This document shows, piece by piece, positions 1-9,680 of a stretch of 64,000 bases of DNA (the first letter of the stretch is position 1; each line of letters begins with the position of its first letter). Position numbers and translations under genes: made by a program. A model generated the notes under the pieces. That model ran no database searches. It saw only the letters and a program-made list of their open reading frames with translations, and was not told the origin of the DNA. Source of the DNA: Theionarchaea archaeon (GTDB taxonomy: Archaea; Methanobacteriota_B; Thermococci; Methanofastidiosales; SZ-28-30); NCBI GenBank assembly GCA_018992685.1, contig JACVGT010000018.1, positions 128,001 through 192,000 on the forward strand, given 5' to 3'.

Positions 1-128
1 CCATTTGAATAAAAGGCTTTCCACATTTCTGAGAGAGATATGGGTTCCAGTCTTCCTCAACTGTGAAATCTCTCTTTGAATACCATTCAGTTCGAAATCC
101 TTAAGAACTTGGAGAGCCTTTAAAGACT

Positions 129-1229
129 ATGAAATGGTCCTACAGAATTATCACCATATTTGGGATTCCTTTGAAGATGCATATTACCTTTCCTATGCTG
201 ATCATTGCATATGCGGCCCTCTTCGGGTACCAATATGGAATCTGGGCAGCCCTCCGTGGGACTGTACTCATCAGTGCACTCTTTGTGTTCGTTGTGTTTC
301 ATGAGCTGGCCCACTCAAAACAGGCTCAGAAGTATGGGGTTAAGGTAAGAGATGTCACACTGCTGCCGATCGGGGGAGTTTCCAACATGGAGAGCATGCC
401 TTCAGAGCCAAGAGAAGAACTGAAGGTGGCTCTTGCTGGTCCTCTTACCAGTCTTGTCCTCGGATTTATCGTGCTGGGATTGAATTACCTGGCAGGCTAC
501 CGCATTCTGGATTTCAGTCTTGAGAAAATCGCCACGAGCTGGGACTATATTCCTGTGTACCTGGGATGGATCAACATATTTCTGGCATTCTTTAATTTGC
601 TGCCTGCTTTTCCCATGGACGGAGGGAGAGTGGTCAGGGCATACCTTGCTCAGAGGATGAACTATGCGAGAGCCACACGGGTGGCAGCCTCCATTGGTAA
701 ACTGTTTGCCGTCCTTTTTGGAATTGCAGGGCTTCTGGTTAACCCCTTCCTCATCTTCATAGCCTTCTTCGTGTATCTGGGTGCCTCATCAGAAGAACAG
801 GGGGCCATCGTGGGAGAGATTCTCAGGGATATGAAGGTAAAGAATGTGATGAACACACAGTGTGATACTGTCCCAGCAGAGACAACGCTGGCCCAAATTG
901 TGGAAAGCATCTTTCATGGTTCGTGTGGGGGAGCTGTCCCGGTGACAGAGTATGGTACGTTCATTGGGGTGGCAACTCGAGACGACATTCTGTCTGCAAT
1001 CCACGAACATGGACTGGAAATCAACCTTGGGAGAATCGTGAGAAGAGACACTCCCTTCGTTAATGGTGACGAGTCATTGAACGAAGTATACGTGAAGATG
1101 CAGCAAAACCAGCGTAATGCTTTTGCAGTGGTCGAGCGAGGAGAACTGGTGGGCATAGTCACACTGGAAGACCTGGGAAGAGCCTACGCACTAAAGTCGG
1201 CCATACTATCCGGGAAGAACACTATGTAG
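129..1229 (+). CDS. Site-2 protease (peptidase M50) with C-terminal CBS pair
   Basis: HELAH zinc motif, LAGP and FNLLPAFPMDGGR M50 motifs, several TM segments, C-terminal CBS repeats (VKNVM..., LVGIVTLEDL). Confidence 0.93.
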   Translation: MKWSYRIITIFGIPLKMHITFPMLIIAYAALFGYQYGIWAALRGTVLISALFVFVVFHELAHSKQAQKYGVKVRDVTLLPIGGVSNMESMPSEPREELKVALAGPLTSLVLGFIVLGLNYLAGYRILDFSLEKIATSWDYIPVYLGWINIFLAFFNLLPAFPMDGGRVVRAYLAQRMNYARATRVAASIGKLFAVLFGIAGLLVNPFLIFIAFFVYLGASSEEQGAIVGEILRDMKVKNVMNTQCDTVPAETTLAQIVESIFHGSCGGAVPVTEYGTFIGVATRDDILSAIHEHGLEINLGRIVRRDTPFVNGDESLNEVYVKMQQNQRNAFAVVERGELVGIVTLEDLGRAYALKSAILSGKNTM

Positions 1230-1436
1230 TGCCTTCTTTCCCCCATTCCATTGAGGAAATTCGAAGTAGTGGGGTTTTTCCCAGTGTGGGTTGTTATCCT
1301 TTCCAACACTGGATATATCCCCGAATTCCTGTCAGGGAGTATCCTGACTTCCGCCCTCCGCTCTCGATGTACCAGGCTTTTATTTTTCCACTGCTCTCCC
1401 TCAAGAAATTATTACTTCTCTTCCCTCATTACTACA

Positions 1437-2501
1437 ATGGACCGGACAATTTCCCATGTGGACATGGATGCATTTTACGCATCCTGTCACATCAGAGAAA
1501 CTCCAGACCTGAAAGGAACACCCGTCATCATCGGAGGGGATCCTGAAAAAGGAAGAGGTGTGGTGACTACCTGTTCCTACGAAGCGCGAAAGTATGGAAT
1601 CCACTCTGCCATGCCCATTTCTACGGCTTACCAGCTGTGCCCTCATGGCACGTATCTTAGGCCCGACTTCCAACTGTACAAAAGCGTATCAGACAACATT
1701 ATGGGGATACTGGTCCAGTTTGCAGACATTTTTCAAAGGGCCGGAATTGATGAGGCGTACTTGGATGTCTCCCAGAAAATTACCCACTACCAAACGCCCT
1801 ACCACTTTGCGAAGGCAATACAGGACTCAATACTGACTCATGAACGCATAACGTGCTCTGTAGGGATTGCTCCCAATAAATCAGTTGCAAAGATCGCATC
1901 TGACTTCAGAAAGCCACATGGTATCACCGTCATACCTCCAGATGAAGTATTGTCATTTTTGAGGCCGTTGCCCGTTGAAAGAATCAGTGGAGTGGGAAAG
2001 AAAACGAAACAGATTCTGAACGATCACGGCATTGGAACCATTGGACAACTTGAAAAGATGGACGTGACTCAATTGGAGAGAATTCTTGGGAAACCCGGTG
2101 GGTGGCTGTGGATTGTGGCAAACGGAAAAGACGAGAGACCTGTAGGGTATAGAGGTTCTGTGAAATCTGTAGGGAAAGAGCATACCTTTACCAAAGACAC
2201 AAGAAATATTCAGGATATGTCCAATGCTATAGAATGGATAGCAGACCGGTTGGCCAGAAGACTTCACGTGAGGACCATGGAGTTCAAGACTGTGAGCATC
2301 AAAGTGAGACTCCGGGGATTTCGAACGTACACTCGCAGTAGGACATTGCCCTGTCACGTTGATACCAAAGAAGTAATCATTCTTGTGTCCAGCGAGTTAT
2401 TTCAGGAATTCCGGGGAGAATACGTTCGATTACTGGGAATCAGGCTAACGAACCTCAGAGCAACAACAACATATCAGGAGAATCTCCTGCAATGGTTCTA
2501 A
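1437..2501 (+). CDS. dinB: DNA polymerase IV (Y family)
   Basis: HVDMDAFYAS, CSYEARKYGIHSAMP, GIDEAYLD, SVGIAPNKSVAKIASDFRKPHG. Start moved from 1251 to the ATG at 1437, where homology begins. Confidence 0.95.
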   Translation: MDRTISHVDMDAFYASCHIRETPDLKGTPVIIGGDPEKGRGVVTTCSYEARKYGIHSAMPISTAYQLCPHGTYLRPDFQLYKSVSDNIMGILVQFADIFQRAGIDEAYLDVSQKITHYQTPYHFAKAIQDSILTHERITCSVGIAPNKSVAKIASDFRKPHGITVIPPDEVLSFLRPLPVERISGVGKKTKQILNDHGIGTIGQLEKMDVTQLERILGKPGGWLWIVANGKDERPVGYRGSVKSVGKEHTFTKDTRNIQDMSNAIEWIADRLARRLHVRTMEFKTVSIKVRLRGFRTYTRSRTLPCHVDTKEVIILVSSELFQEFRGEYVRLLGIRLTNLRATTTYQENLLQWF

Positions 2502-2504
2502 AAC

Positions 2505-3431
2505 CTACTGCACAGACAAGACATAGACGTGCCTGTCCAGGCTCTTGTGAACATGGAGAATGAAATGTTCTCTCTCTTCATATCCAAGTCTTTCAAAATC
2601 ATAGGGGCGAGACAGCACAATGCACGCTTTCTTGGTAACATCCCGTATGGACTCAAATGCACTCTCGTACAACTGCTTCCGGGAAGAGGTAAGTCGAGAT
2701 GCTTTTCCGTAGGGCATGTCTGTGACTACTGACTCCACCTCCTGGAAGTGGTTGTGCAAACGGGTGGCGTCGCCCTGGAATATTCTATGAGTTCTAATCC
2801 CAAAGTGTTCTAGATTCGTCCGTGTTCCTGCTACCATATGTTCTGAAACATCCAGACCTTTCACCTCCAGTCCCATGAGCCCTGCTTCAATGAGAATTCC
2901 TCCTGTCCCACAAAAGGGATCCAGCACCTCACGGCTGCACCTTCCCAGGTTCACGAGGGTCCTGGCTATTCGGGGATGGACAGAAGAAGGATGGAAGTAC
3001 GGCCTGTAATGTGGCTTTCTTCCTTCATAGGAATAGGGAAAATCCATAACAGTCTGTCCCAGAAACCGTTTTCCTTTCTGCAAGATACAGTACACTTCCT
3101 GTTCTGGATTTTCGAGATCTACAGGAATTCTGCCGTACTCTTTCTGAAGATCATCTGCAATCTCCCTTTCCAGCTGTAACGTGTCTGCCTCAGAGAGGAG
3201 TTTCTTCACCCGCACCCTGAAGGGCTGCTTTGAAAGAGAGAAATCCACAGATAGAATCTTGTGAGTCATGGACAGTCTCGATAATCCAGGAAAAATCTCA
3301 GCCTCATAGATTGCCACCTGATGCTCAAGAAGGAGACACCTCCACGGGATGTGATAGGTCTCGAATAGGGCTCTCACCTCTGCCTCTGCCATTCCAGTAT
3401 GTTCTCCAGAAAGGTAAAACAGGAGCCTCAT
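2505..3431 (-). CDS. tRNA (guanine-10-N2)-methyltransferase Trm11/TrmG10 family (THUMP + MTase)
   Basis: LSGEH N-terminus, RPYFHPSS, LDPFCGTGGILIEAG SAM motif, TDMPYG. Start moved to the ATG at 3431. Confidence 0.88.
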   Translation of the reverse strand: MRLLFYLSGEHTGMAEAEVRALFETYHIPWRCLLLEHQVAIYEAEIFPGLSRLSMTHKILSVDFSLSKQPFRVRVKKLLSEADTLQLEREIADDLQKEYGRIPVDLENPEQEVYCILQKGKRFLGQTVMDFPYSYEGRKPHYRPYFHPSSVHPRIARTLVNLGRCSREVLDPFCGTGGILIEAGLMGLEVKGLDVSEHMVAGTRTNLEHFGIRTHRIFQGDATRLHNHFQEVESVVTDMPYGKASRLTSSRKQLYESAFESIRDVTKKACIVLSRPYDFERLGYEEREHFILHVHKSLDRHVYVLSVQ

Positions 3432-3756
3432 ACACCAGGATGGACGTGCACCATAAAAGCATTTCCTGACACACGGGCAGGACCACAGTCCTATTGCCCG
3501 CATTGCCATGACGCCATCCATCAGATGACCACTCCGCATGTCCCCCACTAGAGTCGAGACCTCAGGACAGATGATGCTGCAGTATCAGCATACTGTATCA
3601 CGGGCAGAATCTACCCACTTAAAATTCACCTTGCCTTAAGTCATCCTGTCTTTTGTTATAGGGCGACAAGAAACAGGACAAAAATCTTATGGAGACTATG
3701 TACCTACATCGGATAATTACCGATAAATTTTTAAGTTTGCCCCAGCGAGTTCGGCC

Positions 3757-5676
3757 ATGGGACAAGAACTGGAACTCGTCCAGGAACATAATTTGGAAGA
3801 CCTGGGTGTTGATTTTGAAACCACCCGGACTGTCCCTATACCTGATTTTCTGATTGACCAGGTTATTGGGCAGGAGCATGCTGTGGAACTTGTGAAGATA
3901 GCTGCTAAACAGAGACGAAATGTTCTCTTGATAGGTGATCCCGGCAATGGCAAGTCCATGCTGGGACAGGCGATGGCTGAACTGCTTCCTCGGGAAGAGC
4001 TCCAGGATGTAATTGCATATCCCAATTATGAAGATCCCAATACTCCCAGAATACGCACTGTACGTGCAGGAGAGGCACGCGAAATCGTGGAAAGAGACAG
4101 AGAAAGTGCAAAAAAACAGGAAGGGTCAAAATTCATCTTCTTTCTGCTCATGGGTGTAATTATAGCGTATCTGGTGATTCGTTCCAATTTAGAACCCAAC
4201 ACCATTTTGCTGGGCATTCTGATTATGATGTTGATGGTATTCTTGCTGCAGTCTGTGCGCAGCAAGGCATCAGTCATGGTTCCCAAAGTGCTGGTGGATA
4301 ATTCAGACAGAGAACATGCCCCGTTCGTGGATGCCACAGGTGCCCATGCTGGAGCACTCTTGGGTGATGTGAGACACGATCCCTTTCAAAGTGGCGGTCT
4401 GGGAACTCCTGCCCACGAGAGGGTTGAAGGCGGAATGATCCATAAGGCGCATAAAGGTGTGTTGTTCATTGATGAGATATCCACTCTCAAGGTGAACATG
4501 CAACAGGCGATCCTGACTGCCATGCAGGACAGGAAATTCGCCATCACAGGGCAGTCGGAAATGTCCTCTGGTGCCATGGTGCACACCAGTCCCGTCCCTT
4601 GCGATTTTGTGCTGGCGGCTGCAGGTAATCTGGAGACCGTGAACCAGATGCATCCTGCCCTGAGGTCCCGGATCAGAGGATATGGATATGAAATCTACAT
4701 GAATAATTCCATGCCGGATACGCCAGAGAATAGAAGGAAGATCGTTCAATTTGTGGCTCAAGAAGTCGTAAAAGACGGAAAGATTCCTCATTTTACAAAA
4801 GGAGCTGTCCTTGAGATCTTGAGAGAAAGCAGGAGAAAATCGGGCAGGAAGGGACATTTGACCTGCATATTCAGAGATCTGGGTGGACTGGTGAGGTCAG
4901 CAGGGGACCTGGCCCTGAAGAACGGTAAGAAATATGTTGATGCTGATGACATTGTGGGATCGAAGAAACTGGCCCGTACACTTGAACATCAAATAGCTGA
5001 TAGATACATAGAACAAAAGAAGGAATATCAGGTGATGCGGACAGCCGGGCTGCAGATCGGCCGAGTCAACGGGCTGGCAGTCATAGGACGATCGGGGGAA
5101 TCTGGCATTCTGACTCCCATTGAAGCAGAAACGCCTCCGGCCTCCAGTAGATCAGAAGGAAAAGTCATTGCCACCGGCAAACTGGGGAAGATTGCCAAAG
5201 AAGCAGTCGCCAATGTATCTGCCCTGATAAAGAAGTATGCCAAAAAGGACATGTCCCAATTTGATGTACACATTCAATTTCTGCAAACCTACGAAGGGGT
5301 GGAGGGAGATTCAGCCAGTGTATCCATTGCTACAGCAGTAGTATCTGCCTTGGAAGAATTGCCTGTAAAGCAGAATCTTGCCATGACTGGCTCATTGTCT
5401 GTACGAGGAGAAGTCTTGCCCATTGGTGCTGTGAATGCCAAGATTGAGGCAGCTATTGAGGCCGGGATTGAGAAAGTGTTGATACCTTATGCCAACCTTG
5501 GGGAAGTCATGTTGAGCCGAAGTAATCTGGAAAAAATCGAGATCATTCCTGTGAAAACACTGGGTGAAGTCATTGATCATGCCATGGTTGGTGAAGGAAA
5601 AGACGTCCTAGTGAAGAGAGTGAAAGCATCGATCAACCAGTTTGAGAATCACGTAGAGAGTCAGGCAGCGAACTAG
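3757..5676 (+). CDS. lonB: Archaeal membrane-anchored ATP-dependent protease LonB
   Basis: DQVIGQEHA, Walker A GDPGNGKS, two-TM insertion, LFIDEI, GVEGDSAS catalytic Ser, AKIEAA Lys. Confidence 0.97.
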   Translation: MGQELELVQEHNLEDLGVDFETTRTVPIPDFLIDQVIGQEHAVELVKIAAKQRRNVLLIGDPGNGKSMLGQAMAELLPREELQDVIAYPNYEDPNTPRIRTVRAGEAREIVERDRESAKKQEGSKFIFFLLMGVIIAYLVIRSNLEPNTILLGILIMMLMVFLLQSVRSKASVMVPKVLVDNSDREHAPFVDATGAHAGALLGDVRHDPFQSGGLGTPAHERVEGGMIHKAHKGVLFIDEISTLKVNMQQAILTAMQDRKFAITGQSEMSSGAMVHTSPVPCDFVLAAAGNLETVNQMHPALRSRIRGYGYEIYMNNSMPDTPENRRKIVQFVAQEVVKDGKIPHFTKGAVLEILRESRRKSGRKGHLTCIFRDLGGLVRSAGDLALKNGKKYVDADDIVGSKKLARTLEHQIADRYIEQKKEYQVMRTAGLQIGRVNGLAVIGRSGESGILTPIEAETPPASSRSEGKVIATGKLGKIAKEAVANVSALIKKYAKKDMSQFDVHIQFLQTYEGVEGDSASVSIATAVVSALEELPVKQNLAMTGSLSVRGEVLPIGAVNAKIEAAIEAGIEKVLIPYANLGEVMLSRSNLEKIEIIPVKTLGEVIDHAMVGEGKDVLVKRVKASINQFENHVESQAAN

Positions 5677-5826
5677 AACCACCATCGCAGGGTCGAATTA
5701 CTATTCTGAATCACTTTTCCAATTCTTCCTTGTTCAATGAAATTGAGAACAGTTCATCTCGACAATACACTAACATGCCATTCAGGACTTGTCTGAGGAA
5801 AGAAAATAGGAAAAGAAAGAGAAGAC

Positions 5827-5991
5827 TTAGGTGCACTCTGATCCTGACGAAAGATCCCATTTCCTTTTCAGTGAGAATCTGGATGATCGTGATTTCTGGG
5901 TTGTGAACATTCTCCTTCTTTCAGAGTTCTCAATGGCCTCTTGCACTTTCTGCTTTCCCAGTTCATACAAGAACAATTCAGTTCCATTCAT
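5827..5991 (-). CDS. Small basic hypothetical protein (54 aa), not in the ORF track
   Basis: GAGGTG SD before ATG; MNGTELFLYELGKQKVQEAIENSERRRMFTTQKSRSSRFSLKRKWDLSSGSECT*; followed on the minus strand by a T-rich tract. Confidence 0.55.
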   Translation of the reverse strand: MNGTELFLYELGKQKVQEAIENSERRRMFTTQKSRSSRFSLKRKWDLSSGSECT

Positions 5992-6387
5992 TTTTCACAC
6001 CTCTTGAGATTGTTTTCCTATTCAGTATTTATGTGCTGTATCTGTTATTATTAACAATAAATGTATTTATAAACTTATCGGTTGTATGTTATTTTATAGT
6101 AGATGAGCCGAAATAGAAGTACTGAAAGAGAAATCGTCAATACCCCTGAAATGTCTGAAAGCTCCGATATGCGACCATCTTCCACCCATGGGGGAATCAC
6201 CCTCTCCAGACAATGAGGAACCAGCGAGCAAGATCCAGACAGTGGACCTGCAGTTCTTGGAGGCAGGCAGGAACTTCTATATATTGAACAAAATAATGAT
6301 CCCACCTAAGAGGAGTCAGCTCCGATAATAAAGAGATGATAACAATGATTTATCGGTTAATGGTCACGGTTTCAACTAAATCCGATT

Positions 6388-6918
6388 TTATTCCTCCAGA
6401 AGATCACTGACTTTGAATAGAAGTGATAGAAGAACCTGTTTAACGCTTTCTCTCTCAAGTGCGACACAGGGAATTAATGGAACATCTTCTGGAAGACTGA
6501 GCTTGTCCCTGATCGTATCCAGATCCGCAGCCCCCTCCACGTCCTGTTTATTGGCAGCCACCACAAAAGGAGCGTTCACACATTCAAAAAACTTTAGTAT
6601 CCTCCTGGTTTGCTCAAGGCTCTCAGAATCACTGCTATCCACCAGAACTACATAACCCAGGATACCTTCAGACAGAATCTCCCACATGAAATCAAATCGA
6701 TCTTGGCCTGGAGTGCCAAAGAGATGCAGGGCGATTTCATCATCAATAGTTATCCTTCCAAAATCCATGGCCACGGTCGTTTCCGTTTTCTCTTTTTCGT
6801 TTCCAGAGTGAGAGACAATTCTCTTCTCCGTTTTCACTGGTTCAATCTCACTGATAGACTGAATGAACTGCGTCTTTCCTGCATTGTATGTACCTGTTAT
6901 GAGGATCTTCAACTGCAT
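6388..6918 (-). CDS. MglA/CvnD-like small GTPase (ATP/GTP-binding protein)
   Basis: G1 GTYNAGKT, TTVAMDFG, G3 GTPGQDRF, G4 NKQD. Confidence 0.92.
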   Translation of the reverse strand: MQLKILITGTYNAGKTQFIQSISEIEPVKTEKRIVSHSGNEKEKTETTVAMDFGRITIDDEIALHLFGTPGQDRFDFMWEILSEGILGYVVLVDSSDSESLEQTRRILKFFECVNAPFVVAANKQDVEGAADLDTIRDKLSLPEDVPLIPCVALERESVKQVLLSLLFKVSDLLEE

Positions 6919-6919
6919 A

Positions 6920-7576
6920 CTACATCCCCTGTATCCTCTGGATAACCTTGGAGAGAGTTTGTCTTGTCAACCCCCTAATTCGAAATAAAGCTATCTCGGT
7001 CTTGATATCGACACTAACTTTATTCTCGCAGAAAAAAGGAACTTCCTCCTCAACAATGCCCTGAATTCTCTCTTTCATAGTAGAAACTTCCTCTTGAGAC
7101 GGTACTGTCACGACAACTGTTCCCGAAATCGAAAGTCCATCAACCTGTAACTCCAATCTACTGGTACCTGTACTGCGGCTACTTGCCATGGTTTCGTCTA
7201 TCCTGTCTTGTATTCTGTTTTCCAGTATCCTGGTGTCTGTTCTCCGGAAACTGTCAAAGTACGAATCAACTTTGGAGGCAATTCTCCCAGTAAGAGCACT
7301 GACCAGTGCCAGATTCGCTTTCTCATTGAGAACAGCACCTAGGACAAAATGGCGAGTGACTCGCACCACGATGGAAGAATGAGTAGTTTCCACCCATATT
7401 TGCTGGAGTGAAATTCTATCAGACAAAGCAAGGATTAGGTATCTCAAATTTCGATGAAATAAGGACTCGTCCTTCTCTTGTGACTTGGGAAAGATAAAAA
7501 CCTGCTGGACCCCTCTCGTATCTCTTTTGAGCCCCAAGAAAAAGGCCGATAGACTGGTTGATTCTCTGTTTATCAC
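6920..7576 (-). CDS. Hypothetical protein; N-terminal half resembles a divergent Roadblock domain
   Basis: IWVETTHSSIVVRVTRHFVLGAVLNEKANLALV parallels the Roadblock C-terminal pattern. Probable GTG start at 7576 overlaps the upstream stop (GTGA). Confidence 0.65.
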   Translation of the reverse strand: MINRESTSLSAFFLGLKRDTRGVQQVFIFPKSQEKDESLFHRNLRYLILALSDRISLQQIWVETTHSSIVVRVTRHFVLGAVLNEKANLALVSALTGRIASKVDSYFDSFRRTDTRILENRIQDRIDETMASSRSTGTSRLELQVDGLSISGTVVVTVPSQEEVSTMKERIQGIVEEEVPFFCENKVSVDIKTEIALFRIRGLTRQTLSKVIQRIQGM

Positions 7577-7851
7577 GAAGACTCCCCCATGCAGCAAGAA
7601 GTCAATTCTTCAATTTCCACAAGAAAGGTAATATTAATCCCTTCCGATTCTTCGGGATTGAACCCCTCAGTAAACTTGAGAGGTTCGTCCGATCCGTAGG
7701 CGATCACAGTGTCAACTCCTGAGTCTTTGAATAATACATAGTAGGTATATTCCTCTGAATCTACTTCGTTTTTTCTGGTGAAATAGACTGTGCCTCTGTT
7801 TCTAACCAGTCTCTTGAAATCATCCAGGTTCTTGATTCGCATCCTGATCAT
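7573..7851 (-). CDS. Hypothetical protein (92 aa) in the GTPase operon
   Basis: GGTGA SD plus ATG, co-oriented, stop overlaps the next gene. Confidence 0.75.
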   Translation of the reverse strand: MIRMRIKNLDDFKRLVRNRGTVYFTRKNEVDSEEYTYYVLFKDSGVDTVIAYGSDEPLKFTEGFNPEESEGINITFLVEIEELTSCCMGESS

Positions 7852-7896
7852 GTGATCACCATTTCATCTTGGTTTTTCAAAAGAGAGAAGGAAGAA

Positions 7897-8538
7897 CTAT
7901 GAGAGACTCTCTCTCTTACTCTTTGAGATTCTGAATACATCTGCAGGATTTCCCATTGCTCTGCATTCGATCTCTCTGACTTCATGGCTCGCTCCTGAAA
8001 TCCAGTACATGAAATACTCAAGCATACCTACGTAGATATTGCAGACAGGCTTGTCAGATTTCCGCCCATCGCTTTCGAAGCGATCCCTGTGGATCAAAAG
8101 GAAGTGATCGTCGTGTTCCTGAATTTCTACTTCCGGGAGATCGGAATGAGAAGTGAACATCTTGTCCGTCTGTTCGGCAACTCTGTCCAGCAACATCTTC
8201 ATTTTCTTCTCTTCTGGAATGAGACGGGCCGCTAGTGACAAAGCTTTGGCCATTGCTGAACGTCCCTCTATTCCTTCACGGGCAAATTCACGGCCCACTC
8301 GAAGTGAAAGAGCGCGCGTGCCAGTTTCTCCAAATAACTCATAAAGGGCAGCAAACAACGTCTGTGCATCTGTCACGGGAACCTCAAGCTTCCCGTTGTC
8401 TGGGGGAAAACTGCCGACATACTTCTGTAGGTGAGAATAGTTCAGGACTGAATTGAGTCCATTTATTCCTACAATGTTTTGGATCGTCTTAAGGTAGGTT
8501 TTCATCAAAAAATTGTCAATCATCTTCTCTTCATTCAT
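7897..8538 (-). CDS. V4R (4-vinyl reductase) domain protein
   Basis: PVCNIYVGMLE...EVREIECRAMGNPADVFRISK V4R signature. Confidence 0.88.
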   Translation of the reverse strand: MNEEKMIDNFLMKTYLKTIQNIVGINGLNSVLNYSHLQKYVGSFPPDNGKLEVPVTDAQTLFAALYELFGETGTRALSLRVGREFAREGIEGRSAMAKALSLAARLIPEEKKMKMLLDRVAEQTDKMFTSHSDLPEVEIQEHDDHFLLIHRDRFESDGRKSDKPVCNIYVGMLEYFMYWISGASHEVREIECRAMGNPADVFRISKSKRESLS

Positions 8539-8546
8539 GAACTCAC

Positions 8547-8921
8547 CTACACCAGGGTAGCTACTTCTTCTGCCGTTCTCTTCATGTCCAAAAAGACCAG
8601 CCCTAGTTTGGCCTCTTTTCTTGCCAGAGCAGTCAGGACGGCATTCTCACCTGATGCCATCAACACTATGTATCCATCCTCTCCTTTGACGTAGACTTCT
8701 GACAAATCTCCTCTGGCCAGCTCCTTGGCTGTCCTCTCTCCGAGTGATAGCATTGCAGCAGACATGGCAGCCACTCTATCCTCTTCCACATCTCGGGGTA
8801 GAGCAGACGCTATCATCAATCCATCCACAGAAACGACAGCAGAAGCTTCAATATCAGGAGTTGTAGCTTCCAAGTCTTTCAAGAGATCTGTTAGGTCTTC
8901 AACCTTTGATTTTCTCGCCAT
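8547..8921 (-). CDS. Roadblock/LC7 (MglB/CvnB-like) protein
   Basis: ASAVVSVDGLMIAS, DRVAAMSAAMLSLGER, AKLGLVFLDM. Start set at MARK by comparison with the paralog at 47205. Confidence 0.93.
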   Translation of the reverse strand: MARKSKVEDLTDLLKDLEATTPDIEASAVVSVDGLMIASALPRDVEEDRVAAMSAAMLSLGERTAKELARGDLSEVYVKGEDGYIVLMASGENAVLTALARKEAKLGLVFLDMKRTAEEVATLV

Positions 8922-9249
8922 CTTTCTTTCCTCCTGCATATCATCTATGAGGGTATCACCTTTCATTGAATAAATAAATATATGAAAAAAACAGTGAAAA
9001 CGGGTTTCACCGTCTCAATATAAGATATTCCCCCTCAGTTCGTTGAACTGATGCCAAATGAGAACAGTCTTGCTTATTTCTCCTTCAAAATCATTTTGAG
9101 ACATGTCTCTCATATGGTGATTGAATCTCCCAGTAAATATCAATCAGGTACTTCAGGAACGAAAAAATGAAACTTCTATGGACGCCATTCATACTTCTCC
9201 ATGAGGGGATTCCAGCAATCTTTAAAAGAGCCGCTGGGTACCCACAGAT

Positions 9250-9642
9250 ATGATCGTCGTTGTCGCTGGAACCTTCGACATACTACACCCTGGACACGTG
9301 TACCTGCTCGAAGAAGCTGCAACCCTGGGAGATCTCTATGTCATCATAGCGAGGGATTGCAACATCAACAAAACGAAAATCGTTTTCAATGAGAAAGAAA
9401 GACTGAAGATGGTACAGATTCTGAAACCTGTGATGAAAGCAATTCTTGGTGATGAAAAAGACTTCTTCAGACCCATAGAAGATATTTCGCCTGATTACCT
9501 GTTCCTTGGTCCTGATCAAGACTATGAATGGGTGAAATCGCAGATCAAAGAACGAAATTTGGCCATTACAGTGAAACAATTACCTGAGAGGCTGCCTTAT
9601 TCTTCCACTGAAATCAGGAATCGTATCTGTGAAGAACATTGA
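9250..9642 (+). CDS. ribL: FAD synthase (cytidylyltransferase family)
   Basis: AGTFDILHPGH (HxGH), VIIARD, LGPDQ, SSTEI. Confidence 0.8.
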   Translation: MIVVVAGTFDILHPGHVYLLEEAATLGDLYVIIARDCNINKTKIVFNEKERLKMVQILKPVMKAILGDEKDFFRPIEDISPDYLFLGPDQDYEWVKSQIKERNLAITVKQLPERLPYSSTEIRNRICEEH

Positions 9643-9680
9643 AAGACGAACACAATTCCAAAAGAAATCGTAGAAGAGTT

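Noticed and set aside
1251-1436. 62-aa N-terminal extension of DinB in the ORF track, and the overlapping ORF 1229-1546
   Set aside because: Homology starts at MDRTISHVDMDAF. The extension begins at a TTG and looks like intergenic sequence that happens to be open.
6075-6305. 76-aa minus-strand ORF downstream of the GTPase
   Set aside because: It has a GTG start without a clear SD and atypical composition; not supportable as a sixth operon gene.
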